Source: Octopus bimaculoides (lineage: Eukaryota). From it: a DNA stretch of 41,577 nt. Each line of letters opens with the position of its first letter. Positions within the stretch are counted from its first letter, which is position 1. A model generated the notes under the pieces. It worked only from the letters and a program-made list of their open reading frames with translations. It ran no database searches and was not told the origin of the DNA. Where the stretch lies: assembly GCF_001194135.2 (NCBI RefSeq), contig NC_068995.1, positions 42,854,823 through 42,896,399 of the forward strand, read 5' to 3'. The translations under genes were made by a program, and so were the position numbers. Positions 10,867 to 21,189 of this stretch are shown piece by piece.

Positions 10867-12615
10867 TATTACAGGTCACAGAACGAATGGTTTAGAAATG
10901 AGGTGTGGATCAGTCACCAAACTAGTGCCGCGTAATAGAATTTTCTCATGAATCAAACAAGACTTGAGCCATCTACCATTCCTGGTCACATGGAATAGTA
11001 TGCGAGGCATTGGGCACGATGGTTCAAGTACAAACTATTGGACAGAACGGTTTTAAAGTTGGGTACTTGGGAAAGAGAAGATAACATGAAGTAGGTTTTA
11101 TTTTCTTGGAGAGAAAATATATCTATCAGTTTATTGCTTACAGAAGTAAGGAGAACGTTCCTGACACTTTCAGGGACTTTGAGATAAGTTCGAAGGGAGA
11201 GAGAAGCAGTAACCTCACATAAGAGAACTTACTCGCATAATTTTAGCAGAATAGACTCTGCCAAATGAACCCAAAGCCTAGAAGATGATGTTAATCCAGG
11301 CAAAAGATAAAGTCTACTGCACAGCAACACAAACAATCTATTCGAAGGGCTTCCATGCAAGTTTTTGTTAATCAAGTTTCATTCACAAATCTGTTGTCAA
11401 CCTGCAGCTATTTTAGAAGATACTTACCCAAAGATCTGTGCAGTGGAATTGAAACTGAAGCCACATAGTTATGAAGCAAATTTGTCACGCCGTCCAACCC
11501 CATTGACAAAGATGGGAGCTGCTGCAGAAAATGAATGTTTCAGAGAATGTTTTGTTCATAGTACAAAATATGATTGGAAAGTTATGAATATGAAATTCTG
11601 TCTTTCTGCTCAAATGAATTTAACAGAAATGGGTAAGGGGTTGATCTACTATTGTCGCCTGTTCACATAAGGGAAGATGGTATGAGCCAATTTGGCAGAG
11701 ATAATTTCCTGTTGTCCCAAGACGAATTGGAATTATTTCTGTGAATGGCTTTGTGGCAGAAATAACAGAAGTAAACGGTTGATAGGATCTGCTTCCGGTA
11801 AAACAAAATAGTGATTAATAAATATTTAGCTATTGATATGGTTTTAGTGCACAGAGTTGAATAAATGACTGTTGCGGAAAGTGAGAAATAAGAGAAAATG
11901 GACGAAATTAAGAGAAAATCCTGATAAATTTAAGTTCCCGAGAGAATATTACAAACAAGTAAAACAAAGTCATCTAGCTTAATACTGGTTAATCCAGATG
12001 ACACCAAAGTCATCGTCCATAAATACGTCATAGATTTAATGGATGACTCCAGCGAGTTGGCATAAAATTGGTACTTCAAAATAGACACAATAGGAAACAA
12101 ATTATAATCTATTTTTGGCTCTCTTAAGCTTTTTCATAAATCAGAGTTAGGTATGGGTCAAATGTTCAGCAGAGAGGAAATTGTTGCGTGGGATGGCTCT
12201 GTAAAAGTATTTTACACCAATTATGAAGAGAATTCCAGGCGGTCTGAGAAGACTGCAAAGGGATCAAAATGGCTTAAGTTGTGATTAATGTAAGAAAGTA
12301 AAAAAAAAAAAAAAAATAATATAGTGCAGCCGACAATAAAAGAAATATTTCCGTTAAACGAATACCATGTAATATTTCTTTTCATTTATTTTAACTTAAA
12401 ATCAAAGTCATTATATGCCGGTAATCGCACACATTGAGCTTTTAGCAAAGCTCGATAATATTAATGACCAATGACAAATATCTGATGAACAATTTTTATA
12501 AACAAATTGTAGAATTGCGTGTGGATAAGACTTGACAAATATTTCACGGCAAACAGTGGCATTTATTTAGGAAAAGAACCCAAAAGAACATTTTTCTGGA
12601 ATAGACAAGAGGATA

Positions 12616-13014
12616 AACCTTTCTGCTATAGGAACAGGGCCTGAAATTTTGTGGGGAGGGGATAATCAATTACATCGACCCCATTGCTCAACTAGTACTT
12701 ATTTTATCGACTCCGATAAGCAAAGACTACCTCGGTGGGATTAGATGTCAGAACATAAAGACGGGCGAAATGCCCACTAAGCATTTTGTCCGGAATGCTA
12801 ACGACTATGCCAGCTTGCTCCCTTAAAAGACATTACAAAAGAAGCCTGAAATTTTGCAGGAGGTGGTTAATCAATTATATCCATCCTTGTGCAGTGCTCA
12901 ACTGGTATTTATTTTATCGACTCCAAAAGGATGAAAGGCAAAGTCGAACTCGGAGGAATTTGAACTCAGAAAGGAAAGACAGACGAAATACTGCTAAGAA
13001 CTCTGCCAGACGCC
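12616..13014 (-). mobile_element. Two tandem SINE family A copies (12616-12822 and 12841-13014)
   Basis: Two successive core-plus-head blocks separated by TTAAAAGACATTACAAAA. Confidence 0.88.
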
Positions 13015-13229
13015 TTAAACCTTTAATGCCTGAAATAAAAAAAAAAATTGAATTTTTTTGGTACATTCACATACGTTGTATACTTTTATCTATTTTAGAA
13101 GTTTACAACAAAATTTTGTGAATATTATAATAATAAAGTGGTTTTTAGACCCATATGATATATCATACGCTGAGTGTGTAGGGATAAAATTTTGAAATAA
13201 GGATGAAGTAAAAGCAAATTTTAAGCTCA

Positions 13230-13235
13230 TTTATT
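13230..13235 (-). terminator. Putative polyadenylation signal of the piggyBac transcript
   Basis: AATAAA on the minus strand about 60 nt after the TGA at 13297-13299. Common by chance in AT-rich DNA. Confidence 0.3.
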
Positions 13236-13296
13236 TGTTGTACTAAAAATTTCTAATCACAAGTAGATATAATATTTCTAAGACGAATATCATTTA

Positions 13297-14971
13297 TCAT
13301 TGAAAATGAAGAAAGTATGTGTCAGGATGTAAGCCTACATTGCATTTGATGAAAACAAATTTGGTGCATTTTCCACAAGCTGCGCATCGCCTTTGAGTTT
13401 CAATATTGTTGACGAGGTGGTGTCTGTTATCGAATCGTACCACTTGCGGAACTTGCTTCTTTGTTTTAGGACGTACGGCTCTTTTCTTTTCTAAATCTGG
13501 TGCAGCAAGCAAGGCAGTAACTTTTCAATTCCAGTAGAGGAATGTTCCTCTGAATGCAGCGGAAAAGAATCCATAAATTTGCAAGGCCAATACCATTCCT
13601 TTGATCGTATTTTAATTCGATATGACCTCTCAATTTGTCAAATAAATCGACACTTCCCAGTTGTTTGTCATTTAGATTCACAATATTTGGTTGAGGTTTC
13701 TCTCAGATTCTTTCTATCATTTACAGCTGGCAACATCAAAAGCCTTGTCATCTTTCAAATTGGTTACAAGATTTACTTGTTTATCATCATGCCATCTTAG
13801 CAGAGTAATTCTATTCTTCTTATCCTCAACTGCACAGCAAGCGCCTCGCACAGCTTTGCTTATAACCTGCAGCGATGCCTTTCAGTTCTATCATTTCGAA
13901 TAGTCCCAACACAAAAGAGACCATTGTTTGATAAGGCATCCATCAAATGCAGAGAACTGAAATAGTTGTTCATATAAATGCATGATCCTACTGGTATAAA
14001 TTTTAAACGTAACTTTTCGGTAACTGAAGAACAAAGTGTTTTACCTGTAATTTTGTCTCCTGCACCTGTGTAAGGATAGAATTTCACTATGAATCTGGTC
14101 TGGCAAGGCACCAAAGCCTGAAACTATAGCGTGTGGGCTTGCCTCTTATAAACCGTTTCATGCCATGATGCCCATAATAAGGCCGCATTGCTTCACCAAG
14201 AGAGAAAAGGTTACGCATTGAGCGACCTAATCTTGTAGACTTTATTACAAGGATCAAGTTTACTGTTAGCGTTTTCTCAAACATATTTCTAGAAATTGCC
14301 TGACTAACTAAATAGTTGTTTGAATCGGATCTAGTCTCCCAGTACATTCTTCTGCAGGGTAGTTTATCATAGCCCAACAATAGAAGAATTCCAAAATACT
14401 TGTAAAGATCCTTAACAGACAAAGTAAACTGTAAATCTCCCTTTTGTACGACATATTTAACGGTTTCTCTGCAAATACGACTCATAATATTTTTAGAGTA
14501 GTATTCCCTGAAGACGTCAGTTGGCTCAAACTTGTTCCTAAATCTTGTTGTAATCGAAGGTTTATTTACACTAGAATCACAATCATGCTTTGCAGAGGAC
14601 TGTCTCAATGGTTTATTATTCCATTTGCGAGAACTTTTCTTTGAGCGTGAACATTGCTTCTTAGCAGAGCTTGGTTTCACCTCCGTATCGACATCGAGAA
14701 CTTCAACACCAGCTTTACTATAGGCTCTAATCTCACCTTTCTCTACAAGAATACCTCTACCAATGTCTCGCAAATTTGCTAAAGATTCTTCGCTATCACT
14801 TGAAGAATCATCTTTATCTGTATCGTCGCCATCATTTGGTGAATGAGGTACAAGTTGAAGCTCATCAGCATTATCAAATTCCTCAATAAAATGCTCAGTC
14901 TCATCAGCAGATTCGATTATATTTAGGATTTCTTCAGTGTTTCTTTCACCATCAAGTTTTCTCTTAGACAT
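13297..14971 (-). pseudogene. piggyBac transposase pseudogene (frameshifts, stops, internal deletion)
   Basis: Acidic N-terminus followed by the motifs YFGILLLLGYDKLPCRRMYWE, PYYGHHGMKRFIRGKP, FYPYTG, NNYFSS, GTIRNDR, LRWHDDKQV, GSVDLFD and RIKIRSKEWYW. The C-terminal Cys-rich domain is partly mutated (RRCAACGKCTKFVFIKCNVGLH). Split over at least four reading-frame segments. Confidence 0.92.
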
Positions 14972-14981
14972 ATTTAACGAT

Positions 14982-14992
14982 CTAGAAATAAG

Positions 14993-14996
<4 letters not shown>
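14982..14996 (-). promoter_or_regulatory. Putative 3' splice acceptor 10 nt upstream of the transposase ATG
   Basis: Minus strand reads AATTCTTATTTCTAG|ATCGTTAAAT ATG: a pyrimidine tract plus TAG, with no in-frame stop before the ATG. Confidence 0.5.
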
Positions 14997-15026
<30 letters not shown>

Positions 15027-15642
15027 CACTTTCACTTAAGCAAACTTTAGTTTGTTAGTAAATAGACTACTTTTTATGAAGAAAATAATAATAGATATTG
15101 AAAATTTAAGATTCAAGGGCAAAATAGTTTAATTTACAATTGTTTTAAAGTTTTTTTTTTGTGTATTGTTAACGATTGTTCGTCCAAACCTGAAAAACTT
15201 CATTTTGGATGGAATGTACACACGAATTCCCAGAGGATGTTTTATCATACGCACATATACAACGTTAATAAACCGAAACTTTATTTACGTAGATTACTTA
15301 AACATGTTTGGTTTACTAAAGTAATATATACTTAATAGAAAATACAGAAGCAAAATAAATTATTACAAAATATCTAAAACATGCAAATAAGAAAATACCA
15401 CCGGTAGCACTTCTTCACTTCAAAATTTGACACTGAAGGAAATGAATCTAGCACAATGTATAAATGACCAAAGTATGGCTTTGATGCCAAATATTGCTAG
15501 ATAAATTATTATTCTTAATCTTCAGAAAAGTTTTTGATGACTAAATTTATGAAATTATTTTATGTGAATATTTTCGTCTGAAACAAAAAAGCGTATGATA
15601 AATCATATGATGGGTATCAATAGGTTAAGAGACCATAAAATA

Positions 15643-16035
15643 TTTTCTACTATAGGCAGAAGTGCCTGAAATTTTGTGGTGTCTAAGTCAATTACATCAG
15701 CCCCAGTATCCAACTGGTACTTATTTTATCGATCCCAAAATGATAAAAGCTAAAGTCGATCTCAGTGGCATTTGAAACTCAGAACGTCAAGACGGATGAA
15801 ATGTCGCTAATCCCTTTTTGTCCGGCGTGTTAACGATTCTGCCATCTCGCCGTCTTAAGAGACAATAGAATACTGGTTTCAAATTTTTCCACAAGGGTAG
15901 CCATTTTGGGGGAGGTGGTGAGTCGATTACACTGGCCCCAGTGTTTTATTGATATTTAATTTATCGACCCCGGAAGGATAAATGGCTAAGTAGACCTCGG
16001 CGGAATTTGAACTCAGAACATGAAGACGGACGAAA
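15643..16035 (-). mobile_element. Two tandem SINE family A copies (15643-15854; 15873-16035 is 5'-truncated)
   Basis: Two successive copies with different tail types, separated by TTAAGAGACAATAGAATA. Confidence 0.88.
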
Positions 16036-17727
16036 GAGGATACAATAATAAGAGTTGTTTTAGCTTGGTACTTTAGGAAACAAGTTAGAAAATAAATTTG
16101 AGTGGTCTGCTTATGAGATTCTTGGTCATAGGAAGACGTGCAGGTGATACAAAGTTTAGTAAGAATGTAAAATGTAAAGACAGTTGATTAATTGTGGTAA
16201 AATAATTTGTCTATAAATTAATAATTAGATGTTTATCATTAGTCACTAATCTTATTAGGCTTTGCCTAAAGCTAAATTTATGAGATTGCTGCCATCTACT
16301 GACAATTATATTTTAAATGATAATATATGAGGGGAAGTAAAGTTTATAGTACATTTGATTGCCGGAAACGTTATTTCTGAAAGTAGATTGTTTCTGTAGA
16401 ACTAAAAAATGGTTCTTTTAGCTTCAAACGTCAGATTTATCATGGCCCATATTTGATTCACATATTGAACTATTTTAACTCATTAAAGCGTTTCAGAACA
16501 GCAAGAACTCCAAAGCTTCACACGTTGGTACCGTTCCTTGAAATTGAAGATCTTGTACTCATAGTTAAAGAAAACAATCTTTTCATAAAATGTAACTTTA
16601 TAGTTCTATAGCAGAATGTTTTAGTTTAGTGGAATGGGGCAACATTTGATAACAGTTTCGGTATGCAATGGGAGTATAAGAGAAGTAAGTCCCAGATTTG
16701 CGATAAAATAAATTCCATCATGGAGACATTCTTTTAAAATATATTAAGTTTCCACGATATTTAGCTTATTGCTGTGCCTTCTTTTGACTGGGTAAATAGT
16801 TGAACCAAGTTCGGCACTTTAAAACTAATGGAACCGCCTAAGGTTTAGGTCGAAAATAGAACTGGAATTTGCAACATTCAATGGTATTTTTTATTTTCTC
16901 TCTCAATTTATTTGTGACATGTTGGGTTCAGAGAAATGAAAATCAATACAACACAGTGGCGTCAGCTTGCTGGAAATTTCGTTCAGTATCCTTGTGTTCT
17001 TACAGCTAAATATATGCTCTTTTACGGTGTACTACGGTGAAACTAAATATATAATCGATAAAATAGATTTGATAATCATTGTATGACTATCAATGAGATT
17101 AAAGGTAGTAAATTTCATCAGCAATTCAACTTGTTAAAGAAATAATTTCAGTATAATGGAGTAGGTAATGTAATGAACTTAGCATACCTCGGAAACCTTA
17201 ACACTTACTAAAAACAATTCTAAACATTAATTAAGTATTCATGTCTAATGATGTATTTAATAATGTCAAATATTAATTTCAGGCATTTATTTAATAATAA
17301 ATGATAATATATTTACTTTGTATATTTATTTAATAACGTCTTATAATATATTTGATTTAGAGAATTAATAATGCTCGCTAATGCATTTAATTTAAATGCT
17401 TATTTCAATTAAATTTATTATTCAATTACCATTTATTTAATACATAAATCGATAACATTAACGTCGGTGTTTATTGAACCAAGACAATCAGCCGAAAAGC
17501 TAATGGTTCGAAATCCAACAGCAGTACTAATGGAATAATGAATTCAAATTTTGGCACAAGGCCGGTAATTTTTGGGGAAGGGTTAAGTCGATTCAACTGG
17601 TACACAAGTTATCGACCCGGAAGATTTAAAGGCAAAGCTGACCTCCGCGGAATTTGAAGTCAAAATGTAACGACGAAATGCAGCTAAGTATTGAACTCAA
17701 AACGAAAGGACAAAATGCCACTAAGCA

Positions 17728-17815
17728 TTTAGGTCGAAAATAGAACTCGAATTTGTAACATTCAATGGTTTTTTTAATTTTCTCTCTCAATTTATTTGTG
17801 ACATGTTTCAGAGAA
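17728..17815 (+). repeat. About 85-bp direct copy of 16844-16933
   Basis: TTTAGGTCGAAAATAGAACT..CAATTTATTTGTGACATGTT..TCAGAGAA at both sites; offset 884 bp. Confidence 0.92.
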
Positions 17816-18000
17816 GTAAATAAAATAGTCATTCTAAGAAATAAATAAAATAGTTATTCAAAGAAATAAATAAAATAGTTATAGTTATAGTTATTATTTT
17901 ATTATAAATAAAATAGTTATTCTGAGAAAGAAATAAAATAGTTATTCAGAGAAATAAATAAAATAGTTATAGTTATTATTTTATTATACATGAAATAGTT
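17807..18000 (+). repeat. AT-rich minisatellite, about 25-bp unit TTCAGAGAAATAAATAAAATAGTTA
   Basis: Five recognisable units plus two TAGTTATTATTTTATTATA variant blocks. Confidence 0.85.
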
Positions 18001-18028
18001 ATTCTGCCAGCTCACCAACTTACACTAG

Positions 18029-18176
<148 letters not shown>

Positions 18177-18178
<2 letters not shown>

Positions 18179-18490
18179 CGACGTAGTAGTACAAGGAGAT
18201 CAACACATCATTATGAAAGAAAGAGAAAAAGTTGATAAATATGGAGACCTGAGAATTGAGATCGCTAAGATGTGGCAGCTAGGTGAGTTGAACATAAAGG
18301 TTATCGCTATTGTCATCGGGGAAATGGGTTCAATACCACCCAATGTGGAAAAGAAAAAAAAAAATTGAAAACCTCAGAAATACCCTACAATCTAGATGTA
18401 TTGCAAAAGTCGGCATTACGTAGAACTGTATGCATATTGCGTAAATTACTGTCTGCCTGAGGTCCTTATTGTGACTTGGCAAACAGTACG
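18177..18490 (+). mobile_element. 3' fragment of an R4/Dong-like non-LTR retrotransposon (RLE domain end)
   Basis: Reads IDVVVQGDQHIIMKEREKVDKYGDLRIEIAKMW..KVIAIVIGEMGSIP, then a frameshift in a poly-A run, then LQKSALRRTVCILRKLL*. Matches the R4-clade pattern IDVAVPGD..KEKEKIEKY.DL..E...W..VVPIVIGALG..LQKAALLGTAHILRKVL. Confidence 0.82.
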
Positions 18491-18519
18491 AACCCCCGGT
18501 AGATACAGTTGAAAGCCCT

Positions 18520-18896
18520 GCATAGCTTGCTGATGGAGTTATCAGTAGAGAATGCGCATCATTTCGAAACTTTCCTCTCGATGACATTATTGTGCACCGT
18601 CCCCCACACTGAACTGAATCCACTCTTGCTAGATCAACTGGTTACTAGGTTTCACTCATTATTCATCTAGCTATTGCTCATCGTCTCTTTTTGGCCAAAT
18701 TCAGTGGCTTGCCTTCTTCCCTGTAGTTCGGATATCCTCACGATGGTGTTTGCTTTAATCGCTTTACACTGTGTCCAATGAACCCTCTACACTCAACTTC
18801 GATTGGAAAATGCTCTACCTTCCAGCCTACGTCTTCACTTTCCTTGAGGAGGTTTTTATAGCAGTCGATCTTTCGAGCCCGATCGGCGTCCAAGAT
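18520..18896 (-). mobile_element. 3' fragment of a HERO-like RLE non-LTR retrotransposon
   Basis: Reads RARKIDCYKNLLKESEDVGWKVEHFPIEVECRGFIGHSV (compare HERO FPVEVGCRGF), then shifted KASH*IWPKRDDEQ* (compare ASCWIWLKR). The 3' UTR extent is approximate. Confidence 0.75.
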
Positions 18897-19307
18897 ATCT
18901 AATGTAACTCATATTTTGATTTACTGAATTAACTCCCCGTTTGTTCGATGAAGTTATTGACGGAGCCATCATATATATCATGTAAGCATATATACAATCA
19001 CATCCTTTCAAAATTCAGCAGGATTCAATTTCTTTTGCTTTTACGTCAAAGTCAGCTAATATTTAAAAGTTGCCTAATTTTATTGTCTACCTTTACTTTA
19101 CTTCTGGTTCGTTTCAGTCAATCGCATAATGCTTAAATTGTCAAATCCGTAACATTGCGATATTCAAATATTTGTGCATCCTGCGTCCGGCTTCAACGAA
19201 CTGACAGCAGTTTTGATTTATTTTTTCCAACATTACAATTCATCTTTAACAATAAGTTACTCTAGTTCATTATTTCATTATCGTTTACAATATGGAATCT
19301 AACGATG

Positions 19308-19710
19308 AGGCGACTAGTTAGGAGAATTGTTACTGCGCCGAGCGAAATGCACAGCGGTATTTCGTCCGTCTTCACGTTCTGAGTTTGCCTTTCATCTTTT
19401 TGGAGTCGATAAAATTATTACCAGTTGAAAACCTCCCCTGTGCCAAATTGCTAGCCCTGTGCTAAAACTTGAAACCAATATGTAATCTAACGATGTGGTG
19501 ACGAGCTGTCAGAATCTTTAACACGGCGGGAGGGAATGCTTAGCAGCATTTCGTCCGTTTCTATGGTGTGAGTTCAAATTCTGCCGAGGTTTACTTTATC
19601 TTTCCTATTTCGGAGTCGATAAAATAATTACCAGTTGAGCATTGGAGTCGATGTAATCGGCTTTATCCACTTCCCCAAAATTGTTGGTCTTGTGCTAAAA
19701 TTTGAAAAGA
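19308..19710 (+). mobile_element. Two tandem SINE family A copies (19308-19475 and 19496-19710)
   Basis: Two head-core-tail units bounded by three related spacers. Confidence 0.88.
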
Positions 19711-20024
19711 AAAATGTAATATAACATTTTTTCGTTGTTTCGCTCTTACTTTCTGTAATCTCCCCATTACTACATTCAATTTTACGCATTCCTGTATAAT
19801 CGCCATCTCTCTTCTCGTAAATTTGACAATTCTAACTCATTCCCTGAAGCTGTTTTATATTCATCTTTCAATATAAACAATTGCTTTTTTTTTCTTGTTG
19901 TAACCAATACCAACGCACCTTCAATGGTCCGTTCACAGTTCGATACTGACCCGAGGGAGAGAAAGACGAAGTCAACTTCAGAACTTAATTGGTCTCTTAA
20001 TCTAGCCAACTAAAGGAGATGAAA

Positions 20025-20118
20025 ATCTAAATTAGCCTCGGCTAATTCCAACGTAGACCACAGAGTATTGGAATACATGAAGTGAGGTATGCTAACGCTT
20101 CTACCACGTCGTCTCCTA
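20025..20118 (-). mobile_element. Degenerate SINE family A head fragment
   Basis: AGCCTCGGCTAATT..ATGCTAACGCTTCTACCA resembles the reverse complement of the head. Confidence 0.5.
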
Positions 20119-20908
20119 AAACATTCTTTAACAGACATGCATTTGAATTTGTTCTTAACACATTCTTAAATTCCACTTTTCCTTCAAATCGTTTAAATAA
20201 AGAGCCTGCATCAGAAATCTTTTAAATGAAAAGCCTGCATCCTTCACCAATATTTCCAGTTTCTATGAACAGACACATCTGATATTCTATAGCAAAATAA
20301 TTGAACATATTTCCTTCTATTCGACTAAACTTTCCTATTTCATTCAATAAAAATGTTTATATGATTTCCTGTTACGTAAAAATAGTGTCATTCATATAGC
20401 AAGCATCTTATTTTTCGCTTGATTGTCGTAACTTTTCCTTTTATTCATTGAAATATGGAGGACAATAACAAAGCGTAAAAATACAATGATAGAAAGATAG
20501 ATAGACAAACAGACAAACAGACTACCAGATAGACAGACAGATAGACAAACAGATTACAAGGCAACTAGGTAGCTAGATAGCTATGTTTGTAGTGGTATCA
20601 CTGTTCTAGTTGTTCCAAATTTAGAAGATTGTATGGTTTTTATTCTTCCAATTGAATGTTCCTTAAGAATTTGTTCCATATCTATTATTTTGATATGGCT
20701 TCTCGTTTATCATGTTTGATAAATGTTTTTCTTTAGCCTAATTAGAGCTTTATAACTTAAAACGTAAAAAATATCTACATTCCACCATTGTCTATTACAA
20801 CTTGTATCCCGTGTCCCATTTTGAATCTATATTTATTATATTTTTGTTATAATATACTCTATTTCAAATGTAATAAAATTTCTGTCTCTCGCCATTTTGT
20901 ACGTATAC

Positions 20909-20916
20909 ATGTGTGC

Positions 20917-21000
<84 letters not shown>
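20909..21000 (+). repeat. (GT)n microsatellite
   Basis: Direct inspection. Confidence 0.96.
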
Positions 21001-21002
<2 letters not shown>

Positions 21003-21027
21003 ATGCTTGTATGTATGTAAATACATA

Positions 21028-21189
21028 CATTTAGTAGACTCTCATTTCTCTTTGTTGCTCAAATCCATGCCAATGACCACTCCAAATTATTTCTCTTAGC
21101 GTGTTTATGCTTACACGCTAAGAGAAATAATTTGGAGTGGTCATTGGCATGGATTTGAGCAACAAAGAGAAATGAGAGTCTACTAAATG
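21028..21189. repeat. Perfect 77-bp inverted repeat with an 8-nt loop
   Basis: 21028-21104 is the exact reverse complement of 21113-21189; loop TTATGCTT. Confidence 0.97.

Larger units (their letters stand above)
13019..15624 (-). mobile_element. piggyBac DNA transposon, about 2.6 kb, full-length but decayed (PGBD2/PGBD3-like group)
   Basis: Flanked by TTAA at 13015-13018 and 15625-15628. Imperfect 12-bp TIRs ACCTTTAATGCC and CCTATTGATACC both resemble the MER85/PGBD3 end CCCATTTATGCC as I recall it. A 19-bp internal inverted repeat lies at 13152-13170 and 15591-15609. Encloses transposase-like ORF pieces. Confidence 0.93.
17543..18018 (-). mobile_element. SINE family A copy interrupted by an insertion (SINE parts at 17543-17730 and about 18000-18018)
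   Basis: The body stops at CTAAGCATTT and the remaining head ATTCTGCCAGCTCACC resumes at 18001. Confidence 0.75.

Noticed and set aside
10950-11400. Possible APE endonuclease remnant (GYLGKRR*HEVGFIF)
   Set aside because: Only one weak motif; the downstream GDFNA and NQID motifs were not found.
14087-14971. 294-aa ORF as an active or domesticated transposase
   Set aside because: It has an internal deletion before the first catalytic residue, D1 is changed, and the downstream domains are frameshifted with stops.
12603-18000. Repeat-spacer pattern as a CRISPR-like array
   Set aside because: The long units are SINEs and the short units are target duplications or a minisatellite; the context is eukaryotic with no cas genes.
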